Translations under genes and position numbers: made by a program
Shown here: in pieces, positions 54,289 to 63,203 of the stretch
Layout: every line of letters begins with the position of its first letter
Numbering within the stretch: position 1 is the first letter of the stretch
The notes under the pieces: model-generated
What the model was told of the DNA's origin: nothing
What the model saw: the letters and a program-made list of their open reading frames with translations, nothing else
Database searches by the model: none
DNA from: Pseudomonadota bacterium
Lineage (GTDB): Bacteria; Desulfobacterota; Binatia; UBA12015
Assembly: GCA_005777805.1 (NCBI GenBank)
Contig: SXLG01000013.1
Span: forward strand, 976-64,975
Direction: 5' to 3'
DNA: 64,000 nucleotides

Positions 54289-56676
54289 ATGCGCCGAGTC
54301 CAACTCGAAACCTTCCTGCTCGCCCTCGGCGTCATCCTGCTCGAGGTGAGCTACACCCGGGTCTTCTCGTTCAAGCTCGTCTACTACTTCACCTATCTGG
54401 TCATCGGTGTCGCCCTGCTCGGACTCGGCTCGGGAGGCGTGCTGGTCGCTCTTTCCGAGCGTTTGCGGCGTGCCTCTCTCGAGCAGGTCATCATTGTCTG
54501 CGCCGGGATCGCGAGCCTCGGCGCGCTGGCGAGCTATGCGCTGGCGGTCGCAGTCCCGCTCCACCTGCTGCACATGGTGATGTTCTTCGCGCGTGGCGAA
54601 CGACGCTTCCCCGCGCGCGAAGCGATCAAGCTCGCCGTCGTCGTGAGCGCGGTCTTCGTCCCCTTTCTGGCCGCCGGGATCGCGCTCGCCAAGATCTTCG
54701 CCAGTGAGACCGAACGCATCGCCAGGCTCTATTTCGCCGATCTCATCGGCGCAGCACTCGGCTGTGCGCTCGTGATTCCGGCCTTGATTTTTGTCACCCC
54801 TCCCGGAACGGTATTCCTCTCGGCGGCGATTCTCGGTGCTACGGGATTGCGCTTCGCTGCCCGGGCCGGCGCCTCGCGTCTGGTGCCGATCGCGGCCGTG
54901 GTCGCGCTCGCGAGTGGGGCCGTGTTCGTCGCGGATCAATTCCCGGATCCGGTGCGTGACCGGGTGAAGGGGGGGGCCAGGGTCGAGGCCGAGTTCTCGC
55001 GCTGGAGCCCGGTTTTCCGCGTCGATGTGGTGCCCGTCCCTTCGACGAATCCCGAGACGAAGTTCCTCGTGCACGACGGGCTGATCGGCTCGTCCATCCT
55101 CGCCTGGGACGGCGACGTCGCCTCGCTCGGCCGCTACGACCGAAGCGATCGCAGCTTTCCGTTCCGCCTGCTCGCGCCCGGACCCCGGGTCGCGATCGTG
55201 GGCTCGGCGGGGGGCAACGAAATCCTCGCGTCGCTGCGACTCGGGGCCTCGGAGATCACCGGCATCGAACTCAATCCGGTGACGATCTCGCTGCTCACCG
55301 ATCACTTCGCCGATTTCACCGGGCATCTCACCGAGAACCCGAAGGTGACGGTGGTCAACGCCGAGGGGCGCTCGTATCTCGAGGGTTCGGGCCGGGAGTT
55401 CGACCTGATCTGGTTCGTCGCGCCGGACAGCTATGCCGCGATGAACGCCGCCACCTCCGGCGCTTTCGTCCTCTCGGAGAGCTACCTCTACACGCAGGAG
55501 ATGATCGAGACCGCGCTCGAACACCTCTCACCCGAGGGCATTCTCGCGGCTCAGTTCGGTGAGATCGACTTCGACGTCAAGCCGAATCGCGTCGTGCGCT
55601 ACCTCGGTACCGCGCGCGAGGCTTTTGCCGATCTCGACATCGGCGACTTTGCCGGGCACGTCCTGGTGGCGGTGTCACCCGGCTTCGGCCGGCTCGAGAC
55701 CGCGACGATCCTGCTGCGCCGGACGCCCTTCGCACCGGCTACGGTCGATGCCTTCCGCAAGCTAGCGGGTGAGTTGCCGGGCACGCGCGTGAGCTGGGCC
55801 GGTCCGGGCGGTGCTGTGGGTGGCTTGATCGCCGACGCCATCACGCTGGAGGGGGCCGAGCGCGAGCAGTTCTACGCGCGTCAGCCCTATAAAGTGCATC
55901 CAATCACGGACGATGCGCCGTTCTTCTGGCATTTCGTGCGTTTCCAGGACGCCTTGCTGGGGGGCAGCGGGACGCAGCGCTACAACGTCGAAGAGGGCGT
56001 GGGCGAGCGCCTCCTGGTCGTGTTTCTGGTCCTGGCGGGCCTGCTGGCGGCGGCCTTCCTGCTGGCGCCGCTCATCCTGGCGCGCCGGTTGTGGTCGAGC
56101 GTGCCTTTTAAGCTCGAATCGGGCGTCTACTTCGCGGCGCTGGGCCTCGGCTTCATGTTCATCGAGGTTTGCCTGATCCAGAAGCTGACGCTCTTCCTGG
56201 GCTACCCGACGTATTCACTGACCGTCACACTCTTTTCGTTATTGATCTCGACCGGTCTCGGCAGCCTCTTCAGCGAACGCCTGGTGGCTGCGCGGAACCG
56301 GGCCTACGGGGCGCTCGGCCTCGCCCTCTGCGCGCTCGTCACCTTCTACGAATTCGGTCTTGACCCCCTGGTCGACCTCGGGATTGGCTGGCCGCTCGGG
56401 CTGCGCATCGTCGTCACGGTCGTGGTGCTGGCGCCGCTCGGGATCTGCCTGGGCACGCTCATGCCGCTCGGGCTGCGCAGCGTGTCGCGGCTGGGGCCCA
56501 ACGGCGAGGCCTATGTCGCCTGGTGCTGGGCCGTGAACGGCTTCTTCTCGGTCATGGCTTCGGTCCTCGCGACCATTCTCGCCATGGTCTTCGGCTTCGG
56601 CGTCGTGCTGGCCCTGGGGCTCGTGATCTACCTGATTGGCATCGCGGCGTTCTCGCGCGTGCCCGAGCCTGCCTGA
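54289..56676 (+). CDS. Membrane-embedded spermidine synthase-fold (PABS/aminopropyltransferase-like) protein flanked by N- and C-terminal polytopic TM domains
   Basis: N-terminal about 7 TM helices (MRRVQLETFLLALGVILLEVSYTRVFSFKLVYYFTYLVIG..). Central PABS-like Rossmann VAIVGSAGGNEILASLRLGASEITGIELNP..VVNAEGRSYLEGSGREFDLIWFVAPDS. C-terminal about 6 TM helices. Confidence 0.65.
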   Translation: MRRVQLETFLLALGVILLEVSYTRVFSFKLVYYFTYLVIGVALLGLGSGGVLVALSERLRRASLEQVIIVCAGIASLGALASYALAVAVPLHLLHMVMFFARGERRFPAREAIKLAVVVSAVFVPFLAAGIALAKIFASETERIARLYFADLIGAALGCALVIPALIFVTPPGTVFLSAAILGATGLRFAARAGASRLVPIAAVVALASGAVFVADQFPDPVRDRVKGGARVEAEFSRWSPVFRVDVVPVPSTNPETKFLVHDGLIGSSILAWDGDVASLGRYDRSDRSFPFRLLAPGPRVAIVGSAGGNEILASLRLGASEITGIELNPVTISLLTDHFADFTGHLTENPKVTVVNAEGRSYLEGSGREFDLIWFVAPDSYAAMNAATSGAFVLSESYLYTQEMIETALEHLSPEGILAAQFGEIDFDVKPNRVVRYLGTAREAFADLDIGDFAGHVLVAVSPGFGRLETATILLRRTPFAPATVDAFRKLAGELPGTRVSWAGPGGAVGGLIADAITLEGAEREQFYARQPYKVHPITDDAPFFWHFVRFQDALLGGSGTQRYNVEEGVGERLLVVFLVLAGLLAAAFLLAPLILARRLWSSVPFKLESGVYFAALGLGFMFIEVCLIQKLTLFLGYPTYSLTVTLFSLLISTGLGSLFSERLVAARNRAYGALGLALCALVTFYEFGLDPLVDLGIGWPLGLRIVVTVVVLAPLGICLGTLMPLGLRSVSRLGPNGEAYVAWCWAVNGFFSVMASVLATILAMVFGFGVVLALGLVIYLIGIAAFSRVPEPA

Positions 56677-56719
56677 GCGCGCCGCCGGCCGGCGATCTCG
56701 CGCAGCGCGGCGGCACGCT

Positions 56720-57472
56720 TCAATGCGGCGCGTGCTCTCCCCAGAGTTCGTGCAGGCGGTGGTCGCGGCCACAACTCGTGCGGTAGAAACGGTAGCTGAT
56801 CGGGTTTTTCGCCGCGTAGTCCTGGTGGTCTTCCTCGGCCGGGTAGAAGGTTGTCGCCGGCAGAATCTCGGTCGTGATCTTCCCGGGGAGTGTGGTCGAG
56901 CGCTCGAGCGTCTGCCGTGAGGCTTCGGCCGCGCGGCGCTGGCCCTCGTTATGCACAAAGATGGCGCTGCGGTACTGCGGACCCTTGTCGCAGAACTGAC
57001 CCGCGCCGTCGGTCGGATCGACGTTGTGCCACAGGACGTCGAGGAGCTTCTCGTAGGAGATCCGGCTCGGATCGAAGACGATCTGCACTGCCTCGAAATG
57101 GCCCGTCCCACCATCGGAGACAGCGTCGTAGGAGGGGTTCTTGACGTGTCCGCCGGTGTAGCCCGAGGTCACCGAATCGACGCCGTCGAGGGGTTCGAAG
57201 GCCTCCTCGACGCACCAGAAGCAGCCCCCGGCGACGGTGGCGAGGGCGCGGTCCGGGGCGGGGGCAGGCTCGGGCGCGACAGCGCCCGGTTGGGTGGCAG
57301 GGCCCGCGGTCGGCCGGTCCGAGGGCGACGCTGTGGCGAGTGAGGAAGGTCGCGTAAGACTATCCTTGACGGACGGCGTGTCGCCGGGCCCTGCTGCGGG
57401 GCGTGCTGTGGCGCCGGTCGCGAGGAGTGCGAGTGCGGCTGCGATCGCGGCAGTAGCAGGTCGATTGATCAT
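56720..57472 (-). CDS. msrA: Peptide-methionine (S)-S-oxide reductase MsrA, exported (Sec signal)
   Basis: Signal MINRPATAAIAAALALLATGATA. Catalytic GGCFWCVE. ..FCDKGPQYRSAIF... ATG overlaps the msrB stop (ATGA). GGGAGAAGGA RBS. Confidence 0.85.
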   Translation of the reverse strand: MINRPATAAIAAALALLATGATARPAAGPGDTPSVKDSLTRPSSLATASPSDRPTAGPATQPGAVAPEPAPAPDRALATVAGGCFWCVEEAFEPLDGVDSVTSGYTGGHVKNPSYDAVSDGGTGHFEAVQIVFDPSRISYEKLLDVLWHNVDPTDGAGQFCDKGPQYRSAIFVHNEGQRRAAEASRQTLERSTTLPGKITTEILPATTFYPAEEDHQDYAAKNPISYRFYRTSCGRDHRLHELWGEHAPH

Positions 57473-58044
57473 TCCTTCTCCCGTAGCGCGGGCAGGGCTT
57501 CGCCCGCAGGGACAAAGCGCAGCGCCACGCCGTTGATGCAGTAACGGAGCCCGGTCGGCGGCGGCCCGTCGTCGAAAACATGGCCCTGGTGTCCTCCGCA
57601 GCGTGCGCAATGGACCTCGGTGCGCGGCAGCAGAAGGGCCAGGTCGCGTCTGGTGCCGAGACTCCCCGGCAGGTGGTCATAGAAGCTCGGCCAGCCGGTG
57701 CCGCTTTCGAATTTTGTGGCCGCCGCGAAGAGCGGGAGGAAACAGGCCCCGCAGAGATAGCTGCCGGGACGCTTTTCTTCGTCGAGCGGGCTCGAGAACG
57801 GACGCTCGGTGTCCTCCTCGAAGAGGACGGCGTAGGCCGCGGGCGAGAGCAACTCGCGCCAGCGCGAGCGCGGCAGATCGAGGCGCTCGACGTCGCGGCG
57901 CGCCGCAGGGGCGGGGCCAGCTTGGGAGTGCTGTCGTACCCAGGTCAGCCCGAGGCCCGCGACCGTGAGCCCGGCGAGCCAGAACAGAGCCTCGCGCCGG
58001 CGCGAGCGCGCGTGACCGGGTGCTGCGGATTCCTCTTGGTTCAC
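57469..58044 (-). CDS. msrB: Peptide-methionine (R)-S-oxide reductase MsrB, exported (Tat-like signal)
   Basis: GTG start with GGGAGGG 4-5 nt upstream. SRRREALFWLAGLTVAGLGL twin-arginine-like signal. Zn-binding CxxC pairs (CGACFLPLF; CARCGGHQGHVF). RYCINGVAL catalytic-Cys block. Confidence 0.85.
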   Translation of the reverse strand: MNQEESAAPGHARSRRREALFWLAGLTVAGLGLTWVRQHSQAGPAPAARRDVERLDLPRSRWRELLSPAAYAVLFEEDTERPFSSPLDEEKRPGSYLCGACFLPLFAAATKFESGTGWPSFYDHLPGSLGTRRDLALLLPRTEVHCARCGGHQGHVFDDGPPPTGLRYCINGVALRFVPAGEALPALREKE

Positions 58045-58161
58045 CGTCCCTCCCGATACCTCTCTGCTCCCCGACCGGGCTCTTGTCCATCAACTCCGGA
58101 CGGCAATGCTCGCGTCGGAGTCGCTCCGCACGACGTTGCTTGCCGATCGATCCGCATGAAC

Positions 58162-60336
58162 TCAACTCGCCGGCGGCACCAGACGGGGCTCGCGCCAACC
58201 GGCCATGCCGAGCGGATCCTCCACGGCGGAAGCGGCGTCGATGCGCAGGACGAGTTCGACCTCGCCACCGGCCCAGCGCGCCAGGTCGATCCGGGCGGGC
58301 GTCCAGCGCCGGTCGTCGAGCACGCGCGAGGGATCGCTGGAGGTCTCGAGGAGGGCCACGCTCACGCCTCGCGCGCGATCGAGAGCCTCGATGCGGAAGG
58401 TGAAGGGGCCGGCATGGGCGGAGAGCCAGCGTTCGGGATTGACGCCCCACGCAAGCGTCAACGCGGCCCCCTCGGGCGGCACGTCGAGCACGATATTAGT
58501 CGTGCCACCGATCGGGGTCGCAAGCACGGTGCCGAAGGGCCACAGGCGCCACGCGGCGGGCTCGCGCAGGGCGCTCGCGGGCAGCGTGGGTTCGCCCGCG
58601 GCGTGGGGCTCGGCGCGTCGTGCCAGGGCGGTGATGAGAGGCCCATGCGGCTCGCGATCGAAGACCGCGTCGATCTCGTAGTCGCGGTTCAGGTAGCGCC
58701 AGAGTTCGGGCGCGTTGCGCGACACCGGGCCGAGATGCTGGAACTGGGAGAGACTGTAGATGAGACGCGGCGCCTGCGTAGTCTCGAGTTCGGCGACGAT
58801 CCGGGCGTCACGGTCACTTTCCTGCACCGGCCACAGCACGTGGAAGCCCGCCACCGGCCGGCGTCCGGCGAGGAAGGTGAGCATCGGTTGCACCGGCCAC
58901 ACCGCGAGTGTCTCGCGCGGCGGCTGGTGCGCGATATCCGCCAGCACGTCCTCGATGATCGGCCCGTTGCGCGCATCGACGAACACGCCGGCGCGCGGGC
59001 TGGCGAGCCTGAAGGAGGTCGCCCGCCGCAGGTCGCGGGCCAGCGTGCCGGCCGTGAGCAGAAGGACGAGCAGCACGCCGACGGCTGCGGCGGTCGCGAG
59101 GTGTCGCAGCCGTCGCGGCAATACGGCGAACGAAGCCCGCAGCAGCACGAGACCGAGCAGCAGTGCCGGCGGATAGATCATCATGAGATGCACCCAGTCG
59201 CGTGGGCGGTTGAAGGCGAGCAGGAAGCCCCCACTCCAGGCCAGCAGGAGGAGTCCGGCGAAGCCCCGGAAACGGTCTGGGGTCGCTGCGACGTCGGAGA
59301 CGGCCGCGCGGTTCGGCGCGAGATCCTGCCTCCGGCTGCGCACCAGCCAGAGTGCGCCAGCAAGCGGAAAAAGCACAAGAGGCGCCCAGTACAGAAGCTT
59401 GAGCCCCGCGTCCCAGAGCCAGCCCTCGCGCCAGAACGGGCTCGCGTTGATCCGGTCCCACCACAGCGTGGCGAGGATGGAGGGCAAGTAGCTCCCGATC
59501 TGGGCGCGCAGCTCGGGATCCTGGGTGAAGAGTGGCCACGGTGCGGGCAGGCGGGTGTAGTCGAAGCGGGCCGCGCCCGAGAGGGGCACGAACAGGGTCT
59601 GGCGGATGAGGGCCGGGAGCGCGCCCTGGGCCGCGTACCAGGCGAGTGCCGGCACGATCGGCGCCAGTGCACCCAGTCCGACCAGGAATGGCGGGCGGAG
59701 CCATGCGCGTGCACTGCGCGGATGATTCGGCTCGACCAGCGGCGCCAACAGCAGGGCCAGCCCGAGCGCGCCCACGATCGCAAGCCCGTAATCTTGCTTG
59801 CAGAGCACGCCCGCACCGGCGAGTATGCCAGCCAGCGCGAAGAGGCCGGGGCGGTCACGGCGCCACGCCCGCCCGGTGGTCGCGACGGCGCAGGTCACGA
59901 GCGTGGCTGCCACCAGCGAGTAGCTGTAGATGTGCCAGTGCGGGAAGGCGGCGATGCGGTAGACCGCCAGCAGGGCCGCGAAGCCGAGCGCCCACGACCG
60001 CGGCAGAGCCGCCCGCGCGATGGCCCACGCCGCCATCGCCCAGATCGCGAAGGCCCCCATGGCGAGCCAGCGCGAGGCGATGATCGAGGTGCCGGCGAAG
60101 CGAAACCACCAGGCCAGCAGGTGGAAGGCGCCCGGCAGCGGCGCATCGACGATCACGTCGCGGTAGAGAACACGACCATGATTGACGTCGTCGGCGATCG
60201 CCAGGATGTAGCCCTCGTCGAGCAGCGCGGCCCAGCGATCGTGGATCGGGAGCTGTAGAGCGATGGCCCCCAGACCGACGAGCACCATCAGCGCGAGATC
60301 ACGCCGATCGGGCGCGGTCGTGACGCGGGTGTTCAA
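58162..60336 (-). CDS. GT-C fold (GT39/GT83-like, PMT/ArnT family) membrane glycosyltransferase
   Basis: TTG start overlaps the stop of the upstream methyltransferase (TTGA); an internal ATG at 60288 is the alternative. DE motif in loop 1 (AALLDEGYILAIADDVNHGRVLYRDV), paralogous to the 3805-6789 protein. At least 11 TM helices plus a C-terminal periplasmic domain. Confidence 0.6.
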   Translation of the reverse strand: MNTRVTTAPDRRDLALMVLVGLGAIALQLPIHDRWAALLDEGYILAIADDVNHGRVLYRDVIVDAPLPGAFHLLAWWFRFAGTSIIASRWLAMGAFAIWAMAAWAIARAALPRSWALGFAALLAVYRIAAFPHWHIYSYSLVAATLVTCAVATTGRAWRRDRPGLFALAGILAGAGVLCKQDYGLAIVGALGLALLLAPLVEPNHPRSARAWLRPPFLVGLGALAPIVPALAWYAAQGALPALIRQTLFVPLSGAARFDYTRLPAPWPLFTQDPELRAQIGSYLPSILATLWWDRINASPFWREGWLWDAGLKLLYWAPLVLFPLAGALWLVRSRRQDLAPNRAAVSDVAATPDRFRGFAGLLLLAWSGGFLLAFNRPRDWVHLMMIYPPALLLGLVLLRASFAVLPRRLRHLATAAAVGVLLVLLLTAGTLARDLRRATSFRLASPRAGVFVDARNGPIIEDVLADIAHQPPRETLAVWPVQPMLTFLAGRRPVAGFHVLWPVQESDRDARIVAELETTQAPRLIYSLSQFQHLGPVSRNAPELWRYLNRDYEIDAVFDREPHGPLITALARRAEPHAAGEPTLPASALREPAAWRLWPFGTVLATPIGGTTNIVLDVPPEGAALTLAWGVNPERWLSAHAGPFTFRIEALDRARGVSVALLETSSDPSRVLDDRRWTPARIDLARWAGGEVELVLRIDAASAVEDPLGMAGWREPRLVPPAS

Positions 60337-61280
60337 GCGGTCGCCACCACGAGGATCTCGCCGACCGGGAAGTGGAGCGGGCGGCGGCGCAGGCCTTTGG
60401 GCAGCAGATGGCCGAGTGGCCCGATGACTCGGCCCAGCGCGGGGCTGAGCACTTGGAGCTGTTCGAGCGCGTAGTCGATGGTCAGGATCTTGGGCGAGGT
60501 CGCGATCGAGAGCGTATGAAGTCCGTGACGCGCGAGCATTCGTTCGATCGTGTCGCGGTCGAAGTAGGTGATGTGGACCGGGGGCGCGTAGTAGTGCCAG
60601 TGCCGGCCCATCAGCCGCGCGGCCGGGCTCGCGAGGTCAGGCACGGTGATCGCCAGGCGTCCTCCGGGAACGAGCCAGCCACGCAGGCGCGACAGGAACG
60701 CGCCCGGGTCAATCAGGTGTTCCACCAGATCGAACGCCGTCACGCAGGCGTAGCGGCGGGTCGGCTCGAAGGTGTCGGCCGAAGCGCACCTCGCGGCGAG
60801 GCCGCGCGCGCGCGCCTGGGCCACGGCCTCGCCCGAGAGTTCGATGCCCTCGGCCTCGAGTCCGACTTCGGTGAGGGCGGCGAGCAGAGCTCCGGTCGAG
60901 CAGCCGACGTCGAGCCACGGGCCCGGCGGAACGTGGGGCCGGATGGTGGCGACGCGCGCGTGTGCCGTCGCCATGCGCACATCGCTGGCGCGGGCGAAGC
61001 CGGCGTAAGCCCCGCTCGCATAGGAGGCGTCGTAGATTCGCGCCAGGGCCTCGGCTGAGGGTAGGGGATGGATCCGCACCAGCCGGCAGCCGGCGCAGCG
61101 CCGCAGATCGTAGTCATGCTTGCGGAAGAGGCGGCGTGATTTCGTCGAGGCGCAGAGCGGACAGGGCTCGCCCGGGGCGTTCGCCAGCGCGCCATGGGCA
61201 GCCGTCGCGCCACTCGGGGGCGCGGTAGCGGGCGCGGGTTCATGCGCGCTTGCCGGATCTTGGAAGGGATTCCGTGGCAC
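60333..61280 (-). CDS. Class I SAM-dependent methyltransferase with N-terminal zinc-ribbon (CPLC..CAGC)
   Basis: Proposed GTG start with AAGGA 10 nt upstream. The longer track ORF overlaps the divergent ABC gene. CPLCAS..RCAGCRLV zinc ribbon. LDVGCSTGALLAAL (motif I). AFDLVEHLIDPGAFLSRLRGWLVPGGRLAITVP (motifs II-III). Confidence 0.65.
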   Translation of the reverse strand: MPRNPFQDPASAHEPAPATAPPSGATAAHGALANAPGEPCPLCASTKSRRLFRKHDYDLRRCAGCRLVRIHPLPSAEALARIYDASYASGAYAGFARASDVRMATAHARVATIRPHVPPGPWLDVGCSTGALLAALTEVGLEAEGIELSGEAVAQARARGLAARCASADTFEPTRRYACVTAFDLVEHLIDPGAFLSRLRGWLVPGGRLAITVPDLASPAARLMGRHWHYYAPPVHITYFDRDTIERMLARHGLHTLSIATSPKILTIDYALEQLQVLSPALGRVIGPLGHLLPKGLRRRPLHFPVGEILVVATA

Positions 61281-61397
61281 CTTGCGTCGATCCTTGGCCG
61301 TGGACGACGGCGCCCGCAAGTCGCGGCGGGGTCGGGCCGGTGCGAATACCGGGGGCCTGAGCGGCAGGGGCGCGCTGGTCTGGTAGAGCCGCTCCAG

Positions 61398-63203
61398 ATG
61401 CGGCGAATCATGGCCCTTCTCGTGCGCCACCGCTGGTGGCTCTGGTTCGGGATCCTCGCTCTGCTCGCGACGGCGGCGCTGACCATGCTGATCCCCGCGC
61501 TGATGCGCACCGCAGTCGATGGCATCGCGACGGGTCGGGGCGACGCAGAGCGCACTCTGGTGCGCCACAGCGTGCTCGCCATCGCGGGCGTGGCACTGGT
61601 CGGGGCGCTGGTGCGGACGCTCTCGCGTGCCCTCATCTTCAACGTCGGCCGCGAAGTCGAGTATGAACTTCGCAATGAGCTTTTTGACCATCTTCTGCGC
61701 CTGCCGACCGCTTTCTATCAGCTCAGCCCGACCGGCGATCTGATGTCGCGTGCCGTCAATGACATCGCTGCGGTTCGGATGATGCTCGGGCCGGGGCTGC
61801 TCAATCTGGTCAATACGCCGGTGTACTATCTCTGGGCGCTCGGCTTCATGCTGGCGATCGATCCGGTGCTGACTGCGGCCTCGCTCGCGCCTTATCCGCT
61901 CGGTCTGCTCGCGATCAAGGCGGCGAGTCGCCGCCTGATGGAAGGGCAGCTTCGGGTGCAAGTCGGGCTGGCGGATCTCAGCACCGCCGTGCAGGAGAAC
62001 GTCGCCGGCATTCATGTCGTCAAGGCCTATGCGATGGAGGAGGCTCAGGTCCGGCGGTTTGCGGAACGCAACGACGATTTCCAGCGCGTGAGTCTCGAAC
62101 TGGCCCGCACGCGCGGGCTGATCGCACCGGTGGCGCGCGTTGTGAGTGCATTCGGGATTCTGGTCGTGCTCTGGCTCGGCGGCGCGCGCGTGATCGCCGG
62201 CGTGCTCACGCTCGGCGATCTGGTGGCCTTCATGGGTTACCTCCATCTGCTCGCGTGGCCGACCATGGCGCTCGGCTGGATGCTCTCGATCGTGCAGCGC
62301 GGACGTGCGGCGATGGGCCGGCTCGACGAGATCTTCGCGGTCGAGCCGGGGATCGCGGATTCTCTGGGTGCTGTGGCCCCGGCGGCGGTGCGTGGCGAGA
62401 TCGAGTTTCGCGGCGTCTCGTTCGCGTATCCCGATGCGCCCGAGCGGCCGATTCTCACCGGCATCGACCTGCGCATTCCGGCCGGCGCGACCGTCGCCCT
62501 GGTCGGTCGGGCCGGCTCGGGCAAGAGCACCCTGCTCTCGTTGGTGCCGCGTCTCTTTGATCCGACTGCGGGCGAGGTGCGGATCGACGGATGTCCGCTG
62601 CGTGGCTGGCCGCTCGATGCGCTGCGGCGGACGGTCGCGGTTGTGCCACAGGATCCCTTTCTGTTTTCGAACTCGCTCGCGCGCAACATCGCCTTTGCCC
62701 GGCCGGGCTTGCTGGACGGCGAGGGCGGAGATGCCAGGCCCGGCGCCTCCGCCGGGAACGGGGCGCTCGCGAGCGGAGCCGCGATCCGCGCTGCCGCCGG
62801 CTGGGCCGCTGTCGCCGACGACATCGAGCATTTCCCGCGCGGCTACGAGACCATGGTCGGCGAGCGGGGCATCACCCTTTCGGGTGGGCAAAAACAGCGC
62901 GTGACGTTGGCGCGAGCCTTGCTCGCCGACGCGCCGATCCTGATCCTCGACGACGCGCTCTCGAGTGTCGACACCCACACCGAGAAAGCCATCCTGGGCG
63001 CACTCGAGGAGCGCCGTCAGGGCCGCACCTGCCTGGTGGTGGCGCACCGGCTCTCGACGGTGGCGAATGCCGACCTGATCCTGGTTTTCGACGAGGGGCG
63101 CATCGTGGAGCGTGGCGATCACGCTAGCCTGGTGGCGCGCGGCGGACTCTATGCCGCGCTCTTCCGGCGCGAGCGTCTCGAGGCGGAGATCGAGGAGGCC
63201 TGA
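61398..63203 (+). CDS. ABC exporter, fused permease/ATPase (MsbA-like type I exporter half-transporter)
   Basis: Six N-terminal TM helices. Walker A LVGRAGSGKSTL, Q-loop, signature LSGGQKQRVTLARAL, Walker B ILILDDALSSVD, H-loop. Confidence 0.85.
   Translation: MRRIMALLVRHRWWLWFGILALLATAALTMLIPALMRTAVDGIATGRGDAERTLVRHSVLAIAGVALVGALVRTLSRALIFNVGREVEYELRNELFDHLLRLPTAFYQLSPTGDLMSRAVNDIAAVRMMLGPGLLNLVNTPVYYLWALGFMLAIDPVLTAASLAPYPLGLLAIKAASRRLMEGQLRVQVGLADLSTAVQENVAGIHVVKAYAMEEAQVRRFAERNDDFQRVSLELARTRGLIAPVARVVSAFGILVVLWLGGARVIAGVLTLGDLVAFMGYLHLLAWPTMALGWMLSIVQRGRAAMGRLDEIFAVEPGIADSLGAVAPAAVRGEIEFRGVSFAYPDAPERPILTGIDLRIPAGATVALVGRAGSGKSTLLSLVPRLFDPTAGEVRIDGCPLRGWPLDALRRTVAVVPQDPFLFSNSLARNIAFARPGLLDGEGGDARPGASAGNGALASGAAIRAAAGWAAVADDIEHFPRGYETMVGERGITLSGGQKQRVTLARALLADAPILILDDALSSVDTHTEKAILGALEERRQGRTCLVVAHRLSTVANADLILVFDEGRIVERGDHASLVARGGLYAALFRRERLEAEIEEA

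Noticed and set aside
51862-55524. 1220 aa minus-strand ORF antisense to the alpha/beta hydrolase and PABS-membrane genes. Similar long antisense ORFs occur at 9119-11494, 17290-20034, 37488-39080, 6241-7248, 6636-7919 and 11703-13073.
   Set aside because: Arg/Gly/Pro/His-rich low-complexity translations with no domain signatures. Long stop-free antisense frames are expected at about 70 % GC. The sense-strand genes have clear conserved motifs.
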